A DNA stretch of 64,000 bases from the IMG/VR virus record IMGVR_UViG_3300006217_000002; one strand, given 5' to 3'. Below the pieces are notes generated by a model. It was not told the origin of the DNA. It made no database searches and saw nothing but the letters and a program-made list of their open reading frames with translations. Shown in pieces: positions 19,513 to 28,985 of the stretch (position 1 is the first letter of the stretch; every line of letters starts with the position of its first letter). The stretch comes from a virus. Taxonomy: Duplodnaviria; Heunggongvirae; Uroviricota; Caudoviricetes. The position numbers were made by a program, and so were the translations under genes.

Positions 19513-20239
19513 TATCATTTCCTCCTTGTAAAGAATCATTTAAATTGTTTATAAATTCTTGCTGAAGTTCGGGACTGCCGAACATTATTAACATAAAATC
19601 GATATATGGTAAATTATCCATTATTTTGCTTAAATAAAAAGCATTATCGAAATTATTAAAAATATTCTTGAAATATTTTGGTTGAGAATTTTCTTCCAAA
19701 AGAAGATTGAATGATGGAAATTGAGTAAGCTGATAAAAGTTACACATTGAAATGTTATCTTCTTCAGATACATCAAATTCACTTAGATCAAATCCTTCCT
19801 TGTCCTCTTCATGAAATGTAGATATCGCATATAGAGGTAGTGAATTTATAAACTCATGAATCACTGAGATAAACCCACTGTGATTACTATTAAACTTTTT
19901 GATTTCATTTTCATCCAAGATAGAGTATTTATTTATAGCATCAGAATTGTGTAATATTTCAATCCATGAAATTGCTAGTTCTTCGGACTTAACTTCAATT
20001 CCAGATGTCATCCATAACATCAAAAACTCATCTTTATCTTCATAAGAACATTTACTGAAATCCAATTTCATTTTAATACCGCTATTTCTGATAAAAATGA
20101 AACTAGCAAGTTTTTGTTTATCAATTGGAACAGGAAAGTCTCCAATATCAGACATATCAACAACCAACTCATCTGATTCATTAATACTGGTTATGAATCC
20201 AGGAATCAGTAAGTCTTTCATAGATATATGTTTAAGCAT
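19505..20239 (-). CDS. Hypothetical protein of the radical SAM operon
   Basis: 244-aa acidic ORF overlapping the next gene's start. Confidence 0.7.
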   Translation of the reverse strand: MLKHISMKDLLIPGFITSINESDELVVDMSDIGDFPVPIDKQKLASFIFIRNSGIKMKLDFSKCSYEDKDEFLMLWMTSGIEVKSEELAISWIEILHNSDAINKYSILDENEIKKFNSNHSGFISVIHEFINSLPLYAISTFHEEDKEGFDLSEFDVSEEDNISMCNFYQLTQFPSFNLLLEENSQPKYFKNIFNNFDNAFYLSKIMDNLPYIDFMLIMFGSPELQQEFINNLNDSLQGGNDNG

Positions 20240-20257
20240 ATTTGCTATCTCTCCTTC

Positions 20258-20821
20258 TTACTTATAACAACTTGATTTAGAATGGCAATCAGAGTGGCAA
20301 TTTGAATGACAACGAGAATGACATAAGTCAACTCTTTTGACATTATTATGCTTATTCGCACTTCTCCATGATGCTAATAAATTAGCAAATAAAGTATTAA
20401 TAGAACGAATAGAAATAGTTCCATCAAGTGCAACTCCACCATTAGCAACTGCAGGAAGAGATTTAATATAGTTCGAATTAAACAAAGCTCTTCCTGATCC
20501 TGAACGTTGAACACTTATGTTTCCATTGGTATTGTAAGTTCTAGTATAAGTCCATGTTCCAACTCTGGTCAGGATTCGAGTTACCTCTACAAGATTATTA
20601 TAAATCTGAGAAGCTGAAATAGCTCCATCTTTAACTCCTACAGAAGGATTAGGTACAGATGAAAGAGCTCCTAAAATTGAAGCAGGTACCATTTCATATG
20701 AACCATCCATAGGTACATTTCCAGAATGGTTTACTCCACTAAGAATAGTGTTTTTTACCTGAGAAATAAAATCATTATTGATCGCACCTGTTGTGATAAC
20801 AGTATCTACAGTCATAGCCAT
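20258..20821 (-). CDS. Putative radical SAM substrate: virion-like protein with C-terminal (CHSx)4 repeat
   Basis: C-terminus VDLCHSRCHSNCHSDCHSKSSCYK; first gene of the radical SAM operon. Confidence 0.7.
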   Translation of the reverse strand: MAMTVDTVITTGAINNDFISQVKNTILSGVNHSGNVPMDGSYEMVPASILGALSSVPNPSVGVKDGAISASQIYNNLVEVTRILTRVGTWTYTRTYNTNGNISVQRSGSGRALFNSNYIKSLPAVANGGVALDGTISIRSINTLFANLLASWRSANKHNNVKRVDLCHSRCHSNCHSDCHSKSSCYK

Positions 20822-20891
20822 AATATTACCGTCCTTTCGTTTTATCGTTTTCTAAATAGTTGTAAAGAAAACCTATTCAAATTTATAAAAG

Positions 20892-20921
20892 AGTGTATGG
20901 AGAGATATCTCTCCATACACT
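20892..20921. terminator. Perfect 30-bp palindrome, probable terminator or processing site
   Basis: AGTGTATGGAGAGAT/ATCTCTCCATACACT between the fibre genes and the radical SAM operon. Confidence 0.7.
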
Positions 20922-20939
20922 TGTGTTTACAGTTATTTT

Positions 20940-21425
20940 TTAAGAAGCAAATACAGCTTTGAGTGCTACCCATTTATTTCCATGATAAACATACGGAATG
21001 AAATTCGTTGTATTAATCCAAAGCTCCTTATCGTTCTTAGGATTAGATGGAGATGAACTCTTGATAGATACGCGAATACCGTTAACAGTATCACTGTTAC
21101 CTCCACCTGCTTTGAATGTTTCAGGAATTTCAAGAAGATCAGGATATCTACCTGTATGAGCTACAACACTCAATCCTGTAATCATTGTATACGGGTGAGT
21201 AGGTGGATGAGGGTTGTTAAGAGCTCCATCTTCAATACCAGCAAGTTTGCTCTTCTCTGCGTTTGTATAATCATTAGTACTAAACCCAGGAACAGTACCA
21301 TTTCCAAGACGGTGGTTTGCTACTCCCCCAGATCCAAGATGATTAGCAAAATCAACTACTACCTTATCCCACTTAGTACGCTCTTCAATACTAACGTGTT
21401 GTTTGATATCAGCATTATTAGGCAT
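20940..21425 (-). CDS. Small tail-fibre-associated protein
   Basis: HVSIEERTKWD and TNDYTNAEKSKLAGIEDGA are typical fibre motifs; the first is shared with the 1121-aa fibre (HITEEERDKWN). Confidence 0.65.
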   Translation of the reverse strand: MPNNADIKQHVSIEERTKWDKVVVDFANHLGSGGVANHRLGNGTVPGFSTNDYTNAEKSKLAGIEDGALNNPHPPTHPYTMITGLSVVAHTGRYPDLLEIPETFKAGGGNSDTVNGIRVSIKSSSPSNPKNDKELWINTTNFIPYVYHGNKWVALKAVFAS

Positions 21426-21439
21426 ATAAGTTTCCTCCT

Positions 21440-24400
21440 TTATTTAAATTTCCTTATAGGCAATGTATCAGTTGAGTTAGGACATTTCTCTTTAAACTTA
21501 GCAGCTCCATCTCCAGCAATAGTAATACCTGTGCTGAATGTAGTTTTACTACGTTCGAAACATCCAAATGTTAAACCATTGATTTCCATTCCTTCTGCAG
21601 CTGCAGCTGATACTGTAATGGTAGAAATCATATTCCAAGTGTCTCTCATAAATCCTCTCATATTAGCAGTACCTGCTAAAGCGTTAGGAAGAGTAAGTGC
21701 TTTGTTAAATGAGATACATCTGAACAAGAAATGATCCAAACATCTTGCTCCTGTAACGCCAGCAGGGATAGTAAGAGCCTGATTGAACGTACTGCAATAT
21801 TCTAAGAATCTCATCAAACATTGCTCGCCAGTTAAACTAGCAGGGATAGTAAGAGCCTGATTGAACTTAGTACAGCCAGAAAGAAATCTCTTCATAGCTC
21901 CTTTACCTGTAACGCCAGCAGGGATAGTAACTGCACTATTGAATGCTGTACAATTCTTCAAAAATCCATGTAAACATTCTTCTCCTGTAACGCCAGCAGG
22001 GATAGTAAGAGCCTGATTGAACTTAGTACATCCTTCCAGGAATTCCATTAAGCAGCGATCTCCTGTAACATTTGGAATTCTATTAACTTTAACAAGGTTA
22101 ATGAAGTTACATCCAAAACTACGTAAAGATGTAGGAACTGTCAATCCCGTATCAGCTTTCCAGAATTCAACTTCAGTAATATCGCTCTTCTTAAATACTT
22201 TTCCAGCAATATTAATATTTGAATTTGCTACCCTATGATTACATAATCTACTTAACTGAGACATCCATTTGATTATAACTGTTTCCCCACTAGCAAGTTT
22301 CACTTTAGCTAAAGGATCATCATCAGTAGCTTTAGTTTTATTAGGATCTTCTGCAATAGTTATTTCAAAATCCTGATAATATGATTCTGCCTGGAATACA
22401 ATTTTTTCAGGATCATTTTCTTTTGCATCTTTATACCATTCATAAGCTTCATGTTTACCCTGAGGAACTTCAGCTCTGATTTTAATCTTCTTTCCAACAT
22501 CTTCATTACCAATGGTAAGTGTTCCATCATTTGTAATACTTGTGCCAGTAGTTCCCCCGCTGTCAATCAACGACCATCTTACATCAGTATAGCTAGGAAC
22601 TTCTTCATCATACGTATTACTTTGCCTGTTTCCGATAACTTTATTTGTGTGACATTTAGGATCCAATACATATGAATTATCAGTTCCATTGACATAAACG
22701 GTTTCAGGAATATTAACTATGTTAGCAACTTCCATATATTCAGGAAGAAATGTTACATAGTAGCTATGTTCCCATGTAGAATTTGTTTCAGGTGTAACTT
22801 TTTCAATTCCATTAGGAACAGCAAATACGAATTTTGTAACTCCATCCTCGTAATTATAAAGGTAATAACAATCCATATTCCAGTCATAATCAGGATTGAA
22901 TTCAATGTTGTAATTCGTCTCCCAGTAATTCTGACTTTCAGTTCTAGGTCTAAAGGCTGTACATAATCCTCCTTTAAACTCAGGATCATTCGGTCTAATA
23001 GGAGAAACTTCAATTGACTGACCTGTTGCATTGAAAGGATCCGTTCCAAAACATAACATTGGTATTGGTCTCTTTGCTCTTATAATGGAGGGAAGATTCA
23101 TTCTAATACCTTCTACAGCAACGAATATATCAGGCGAAGCAGGAGGTACAATCGTAATACTAGCTGTTGCTACAAAATTAACTCCTCTTCGAACACCGTC
23201 TACAACTGTCATCTCAACCACTATAGGATCATTTATATTTTTAAGCCATTGATCAAAATAATCAGGAGGTGTAGGAGAAGGATTTCTGTTCCACCATGTT
23301 ACATTTTCATAGTCGATAACTAGCTGATTCTGTAAATTAAGACTGACTCTTGCAGCTGCTGGAGCGCTCTTAATTTTATATATGATATTTTTCATCGTAG
23401 CGTTAGATGGATACACGGTACCTGTTAAGTTCAAAGGCTCGTCAACAGGATCAAAGTTTTCAGGCATATTAGTAATGCTTTCAACAGATATCCACTCACT
23501 TCCTACGTTGATTGTGAATGTTCTTTCGTAGTTTACAGTTTCAGAGATACCTTTAACAATGGTAGCTTTAATTTTCAATGTACCAGCTCCTGTTGTAGAA
23601 AGTAAATCTCCATTCAATCTTGCTCCAGTAGTTCCAGCATCAGCAATACTATAACTAACATTTCTATATGTTGCATTTTCTGGTGTAACATTAGCTGTTA
23701 GTAATATAACCTCTTTAGCAATAATTGTACTATCGATTTGTAGAGTTACTCCTTCTACCGGAACAAACTTTGTTTTCACATCAATCCAAAAATCTCTTGT
23801 ATAATCCTGACTAGGACTTATACCTTTTCTTACAGTAGCTCTGATTAAACATGTACCAGCTACTCGAGCTCTTAAGTAACCATTATTGATATATGCTCCT
23901 GTACCTCTGGCATCAAGAATTGACCATTCGATTGTTTTAACAGAAGCATCACTTGGTTCAACGATTCCATTTAATAGAATATTGGTATCTGTATCAATAG
24001 TAGTTGAGATCCCTGAAACATTTGTAACTGATACATATCTCGGTACCACTACAGTACATGAAGCTGATAATTTTCCGTCAATAGTTGTAGCTGTAAATGT
24101 AACTGATCCTTCATTAATTACTGAAATAACTCCAGTATCTTTGTTAATACTAGCTACATATGAGTTAGAGCTATTCCATACTACTTTAGGTAAGTCAGCT
24201 GCTGCGGCATCTTTACCAATCTCAAGTTTATAAGTTGAATCTATATAAAGCTTTTCAGGAGCATTACTAATAAAGATAGATCCTAACTCTGCCGATACAT
24301 AGACATCACAGATATCTGAGAATACGTCTCGAGCTCCAGCTGCTGATACTTTACAATAGTAATAGAAATGACCAATTCTATTATATGGAACATTAAACGA

Positions 24401-25540
24401 AGATGATGTTTCTCCAGTTAATTCAGTACCATTCTCTGTAGACTTGGTAGAATTTCTATACCATTGATATTGCATGATTTTTGTAGTCGTTGAAGTTGCA
24501 TTTACAGCTAAAATATCTCCAGCTTTGTTCAGTGTAAGATTGATATTGGGAACTGGCTGACTGATAATTTGGATTTCATTTTCAACAGCTCTCACATTGA
24601 AATTTTTGAAATAACTTTTATCTGGACCAAGAGCCTTAGGAATAGTACATTTTAAAACAACAACTCCTGTTGATGTAGCTATAAGCTTATTATTTTCAAT
24701 TACAGCGTTACCAGATACTACTTCCCACACAGTACTCTGAACTGTTGCGTTGTATGGAAGAACTGTCATTTCTTCAAGAACGAATGGAACGTTTGTTACA
24801 ATATTATCAGGTAAACCGATTATATCAGTAACCGGAATAAATGCAGCTTCACCACTTTGAGGTTCAACATTAAGTACAGCTTTATCACTTCTATATACCA
24901 GTACTCCAGGAGAATTAGAAGGATATGCTGTATCCATTGTAAACCTGATAACAGCATTGTCTCTATTTGTGAACATTACTGTTGCATTACGCAATGTGAT
25001 GATAGATCCATCCCCCATTCTAACTCCCCAGTGGTTAGGATCATTACTGATAGTAAATACAACATCTGTAGACTGATTGGGAAATGGTATTGTAGCCTGT
25101 AGAGTTTTTGTATATCCATACTCTAAATTAGCTCCAGTGTTATCATCTATTGTAAATGCAAAGTATCCGCAAATGCTATTCATTTCAAACGGCCTTACAT
25201 CACTTCTTGCAGTAATTCCCCATGATGCAGTATCACTTCGATACATAAGAAAACATGGAGAGTTTGCAGGATATTTTTTATCCATAGTAAATAAGACTAT
25301 GGAATTATCTTTGTTAACAAATAATATTTCAGGGTCACGAATGGGGATGATAGATCCATCCCCCATTTGTGCAGCCCAATCTTCATGGCCTCTGCTGATA
25401 GTCAAATTGACATCACTAGCCTGAAGAGGATATGTTAATGCAAAAATACATTTGTTTGTATCACCATTACTATCACTGAGATTTCCGGTAGTGTCAATAG
25501 TAAACCCGTAAAATCCAGTTTTAGTATTTTTTATACCCAT
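21440..25540 (-). CDS. Large adhesin/receptor-binding protein: Ig-like (Big_2) domains plus C-terminal BspA/DUF285-like 26-aa repeats
   Basis: Repeated V.V..V...V.PxNAT...I.WS Ig-like units; YQWY...YYYCKVS Ig unit; CTKFNQALTIPAGVTG repeats. Confidence 0.75.
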   Translation of the reverse strand: MGIKNTKTGFYGFTIDTTGNLSDSNGDTNKCIFALTYPLQASDVNLTISRGHEDWAAQMGDGSIIPIRDPEILFVNKDNSIVLFTMDKKYPANSPCFLMYRSDTASWGITARSDVRPFEMNSICGYFAFTIDDNTGANLEYGYTKTLQATIPFPNQSTDVVFTISNDPNHWGVRMGDGSIITLRNATVMFTNRDNAVIRFTMDTAYPSNSPGVLVYRSDKAVLNVEPQSGEAAFIPVTDIIGLPDNIVTNVPFVLEEMTVLPYNATVQSTVWEVVSGNAVIENNKLIATSTGVVVLKCTIPKALGPDKSYFKNFNVRAVENEIQIISQPVPNINLTLNKAGDILAVNATSTTTKIMQYQWYRNSTKSTENGTELTGETSSSFNVPYNRIGHFYYYCKVSAAGARDVFSDICDVYVSAELGSIFISNAPEKLYIDSTYKLEIGKDAAAADLPKVVWNSSNSYVASINKDTGVISVINEGSVTFTATTIDGKLSASCTVVVPRYVSVTNVSGISTTIDTDTNILLNGIVEPSDASVKTIEWSILDARGTGAYINNGYLRARVAGTCLIRATVRKGISPSQDYTRDFWIDVKTKFVPVEGVTLQIDSTIIAKEVILLTANVTPENATYRNVSYSIADAGTTGARLNGDLLSTTGAGTLKIKATIVKGISETVNYERTFTINVGSEWISVESITNMPENFDPVDEPLNLTGTVYPSNATMKNIIYKIKSAPAAARVSLNLQNQLVIDYENVTWWNRNPSPTPPDYFDQWLKNINDPIVVEMTVVDGVRRGVNFVATASITIVPPASPDIFVAVEGIRMNLPSIIRAKRPIPMLCFGTDPFNATGQSIEVSPIRPNDPEFKGGLCTAFRPRTESQNYWETNYNIEFNPDYDWNMDCYYLYNYEDGVTKFVFAVPNGIEKVTPETNSTWEHSYYVTFLPEYMEVANIVNIPETVYVNGTDNSYVLDPKCHTNKVIGNRQSNTYDEEVPSYTDVRWSLIDSGGTTGTSITNDGTLTIGNEDVGKKIKIRAEVPQGKHEAYEWYKDAKENDPEKIVFQAESYYQDFEITIAEDPNKTKATDDDPLAKVKLASGETVIIKWMSQLSRLCNHRVANSNINIAGKVFKKSDITEVEFWKADTGLTVPTSLRSFGCNFINLVKVNRIPNVTGDRCLMEFLEGCTKFNQALTIPAGVTGEECLHGFLKNCTAFNSAVTIPAGVTGKGAMKRFLSGCTKFNQALTIPASLTGEQCLMRFLEYCSTFNQALTIPAGVTGARCLDHFLFRCISFNKALTLPNALAGTANMRGFMRDTWNMISTITVSAAAAEGMEINGLTFGCFERSKTTFSTGITIAGDGAAKFKEKCPNSTDTLPIRKFK
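21748..22030. repeat. 78-bp-period tandem repeats encoding 26-aa LRR-like units
   Basis: 41-bp identity 21748-21788 = 21982-22022; 36-bp identity 21839-21874 = 21995-22030. Confidence 0.9.
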
Positions 25541-25558
25541 AATCCGTTTCCTCCTTCC

Positions 25559-28500
25559 TTAATCTGTCTTCAATTCAATCCATGCTCTACTAGATCTATA
25601 TACTAACTGACATGGAGAGTTTGCAGGATATGGAGTATCAAGCTTGAACTGTACAACTGCATTAGATTCGGTGCGTTCAATTACTTCAGGTTCATTGATT
25701 TTAATCATAGTACCATCACCCATCTTGACAGCAAATACATTCTTCTCTTTAGATACATTGATAGCGAAGTTCATGTCTTTCATCGGAGGATAAGGAATTG
25801 CAACCCATACATATTCAACCTGACCATGTTCATCAGCTCCATTAACAGAAACTGTGAATGCACTATATCCGGCCATACGGTTGATGATTGTCTCTTCATC
25901 AGGATCATCCGGATCAATTTCAGGTTTACCAGGACCAAATGAGATATCAGATTGACCAGTTCCTGGAACAGGATTAATTAATTGCCATCTTTCACCATCA
26001 AATACAAACATGTGTTCATGGTTCTTACCAATCATACCATCTGTAAGCGTTTTACCTCCAAAACGAACTTCTGCATCACCTGTTTCATTTACATTGAGAT
26101 ACGTTGGATTATCTCTGCCTCCGCTCTTATCTTCATTCTTAAACATAATAGATACTGTTGAACCTATTTGTCTCATAAATACAACAGGATTCATATAAGT
26201 AGATCTCAAAGTTGCAACTTTATGAGATTCATTTCCATTTGAATAACAATCACCCTTTATTACACCTATAGCATTTCTTCTAATCCACTCTGTATTAGCT
26301 ATACAATGATCATTAGAATCATCAGGAGGTGTAGGAGTTTTAGGTTCTCCAGTAAATTCATACTGATTATGAGCTTCATCAGGCCAATGCATAGGAGCAC
26401 GTGTAGTATCGGTAGGATGTCGGTGATCTCCTCTAGCATAATATCCGTCATCAGTACCTACAAACGGAATACCATCCATCAATGGATCAACATTTGTTGA
26501 ACGAGTATGTCCAAACAAATCAACAGTGGCTCTTCCAAAAGTACTTCCAGATGGAGAAGTATGAACCTTTGGAGCTTTTGTAAGATTCAGATAACGACCC
26601 ATATTCGCCGATAACGCAGCTATTTCATTACTTGATTCAAGGTGATCTATTACATCTATTCCTGACATATCATGGATTATCTGTAATACATCTTCTACGT
26701 CTGCTTTCTTTTGATTTAAGATACGACCCATATTAGCAGACAGCGGTCTATCTGTTTCATAGGAGATGAGATTATCAATTACAATAGATTTGACAAACTC
26801 TGTAGTTGCAATACGAACTGATCTATCTCCAACAGGTTGAGTTGTAGTTGTAGGAGATTCTCTTAAGTTAACAGATGCAATGATGTCATCTCCTGTAATT
26901 GTGTCAGGTATAATTGTAGCCTTAATATTTCCATCAGTATCTACATCTACTTTGATATTCTTACTATTTACACCTAAGTATTTAGTAACTAATCTCTTGA
27001 TGTTAATTCTATGCTCATCTGCATTAGGAAGTACGAGGACTAGTTCACTATTTACATCATCAAAGTAAAGAGATTTAAATATAGGAATAATAGGAATTTC
27101 CAAATCGAATTCTGTACCATCACGATAGTTGAAAGTAATTGTACAAGTACTATCTTCCCAACTTACATTAGCTACAAAATTATTATTACCAACATCTTCC
27201 TGAAGCAGATTCAGTTGTCTCTTAATTCGGTCTATAGCTTCTTGTGTAGCATCTGATATAGGTTTATCTTTATCAGATGTATTATCTACATTAGGTATTC
27301 CTAATTGTTCTAATGTTACATTATGAGGATTATTAAAATTAGAAATATGCTCCAAAAATAAAGAGTTAGAAACTGCACCAATCTGTTCAGGTGTAACTCT
27401 ATGAGGATTGTTGTAATCATTTAAGTGATCATTCAGTCTATTTCTTACAACTGCAATATCACCAAGATCTACAATAATCTGCTGAATTCTATCTTTAAGA
27501 AGATCGATTTGTTCTGTTGCAGCACGTTGAGTAATGAAACCATCAGAGTTAGTTCCAGTCTCATCATACCATTTAGGTCTTCCATTAATAGAATCCCAGT
27601 TGACAATTCCATCCGGTAATCCTCCACCAGCTAGAATATAATCTCCTAATACATCAGTTAGCGATTTCCATACTGTATCAAAATCATCATCACTAACTTT
27701 AACTAAGATATCATTAGCTGTACCACCATCAGGAACGCCTTCACCATCAGCTCCATCAAAGTAATCAACTCCTTTAATAGGAGAATAACCTTGAGGTCCT
27801 CTGATAGTCATAGGATCAGGAGCTGTAACTTCAGTAGATCTAGTCCACGTTAAAATTCCATCTGAAGAGATTATAGGTCTCCACATTAAAATGCTTTCAC
27901 CTGCATCTCCTCCTTCATCATCTGCTGCACTTCCATCAAACAGATTAATGAATCTTCCCTGCATCCATACATACATCTGAGTATCATAGTACCTGATTAC
28001 AAGATCACCAGGTTTCATTTCCTGTACTCCAACTTCTTGCCATACAAGACCAGGTTTCTTTACATAAATAATACAATCCTGAGTTTCATCAGTCGAGTAG
28101 TCGGTCGCTGGTTTTAATGCAAAATAAGTTAAAGTAGGATCTGTAACTTCAGGAAGCTCATCACCATGAGCCAATACATAGTTTGGATTCCAGTTAACAG
28201 ATTCATATTCAACTAATACAGCTGTATTAGTTCTATCATCATATTCAATGTTTTTATAATTGAAGAAAGAGTCTCTGATTTCTTTGATCATTTCATCAAT
28301 TTCTTTCCTACTATATGTTCCAACTTGATGGGCTGTTACATTATGAGGATTATTGATATCTAAAATGTGTTCATTTAAATCAGATTGATCTGCTTTCTTA
28401 TTCCAACTCTCCCTTTCATCCATAGTAATATGAACAAACTGATCTGTTATATGATGATTAAAATCTTGGGCTGGAGCCATACTATTCCATTTATCCCGTT

Positions 28501-28924
28501 CTTCTTCAGTGATGTGAATATCCTTATCACGCACATGTGCTTCAAAAGTTGCAGCAGAAACTTTTGTATCCATCATTTCTCCTACAGCTCTTTCCGAAGG
28601 AACTTTCGAATGAGACCTAGCATTAGGCTCTCTATTAATAGTTTTAATGATTTCAGTCTCACCTACAACGCCATCTATTCCACTCCATGTCATTAATTTA
28701 CCAGCACCGCCTCCAGAAAGAATTGGCTGCTTTTCTGCAATAAGTCTATATATGGCATTAATTTCTTCAGTGAGAGTAGTGGAATCATCATCGAAAGTTT
28801 TACGAATTGCATCATATACCGTTTTAGGATATGTATAGTCATAATCATAAACGGGAATTGGTTCTTGCTTTCCATCCAGATAAATTCTGGACTGAACAAT
28901 TCTTCTTTCTTTCAATCGTCCCAT
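25559..28924 (-). CDS. Tail fibre protein
   Basis: NNPHxVT repeats, NVDNTSDKDKPIS, LSANMGR x2, IATTEFV, YARGDHRHPTDTTRA fibre motifs. Confidence 0.8.
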   Translation of the reverse strand: MGRLKERRIVQSRIYLDGKQEPIPVYDYDYTYPKTVYDAIRKTFDDDSTTLTEEINAIYRLIAEKQPILSGGGAGKLMTWSGIDGVVGETEIIKTINREPNARSHSKVPSERAVGEMMDTKVSAATFEAHVRDKDIHITEEERDKWNSMAPAQDFNHHITDQFVHITMDERESWNKKADQSDLNEHILDINNPHNVTAHQVGTYSRKEIDEMIKEIRDSFFNYKNIEYDDRTNTAVLVEYESVNWNPNYVLAHGDELPEVTDPTLTYFALKPATDYSTDETQDCIIYVKKPGLVWQEVGVQEMKPGDLVIRYYDTQMYVWMQGRFINLFDGSAADDEGGDAGESILMWRPIISSDGILTWTRSTEVTAPDPMTIRGPQGYSPIKGVDYFDGADGEGVPDGGTANDILVKVSDDDFDTVWKSLTDVLGDYILAGGGLPDGIVNWDSINGRPKWYDETGTNSDGFITQRAATEQIDLLKDRIQQIIVDLGDIAVVRNRLNDHLNDYNNPHRVTPEQIGAVSNSLFLEHISNFNNPHNVTLEQLGIPNVDNTSDKDKPISDATQEAIDRIKRQLNLLQEDVGNNNFVANVSWEDSTCTITFNYRDGTEFDLEIPIIPIFKSLYFDDVNSELVLVLPNADEHRINIKRLVTKYLGVNSKNIKVDVDTDGNIKATIIPDTITGDDIIASVNLRESPTTTTQPVGDRSVRIATTEFVKSIVIDNLISYETDRPLSANMGRILNQKKADVEDVLQIIHDMSGIDVIDHLESSNEIAALSANMGRYLNLTKAPKVHTSPSGSTFGRATVDLFGHTRSTNVDPLMDGIPFVGTDDGYYARGDHRHPTDTTRAPMHWPDEAHNQYEFTGEPKTPTPPDDSNDHCIANTEWIRRNAIGVIKGDCYSNGNESHKVATLRSTYMNPVVFMRQIGSTVSIMFKNEDKSGGRDNPTYLNVNETGDAEVRFGGKTLTDGMIGKNHEHMFVFDGERWQLINPVPGTGQSDISFGPGKPEIDPDDPDEETIINRMAGYSAFTVSVNGADEHGQVEYVWVAIPYPPMKDMNFAINVSKEKNVFAVKMGDGTMIKINEPEVIERTESNAVVQFKLDTPYPANSPCQLVYRSSRAWIELKTD

Positions 28925-28985
28925 AACATATATTCACTCCTTTACTTAAGAATAACTTCAAAGATTATTAGGAGGTGGTTCTCTA

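Noticed and set aside
21748-22030. Regularly spaced repeats resembling a CRISPR array or a DGR template/variable pair
   Set aside because: In-frame 78-bp coding repeats; the intervening segments are homologous to each other, differences are not adenine-specific, and no cas or reverse transcriptase gene is in the window
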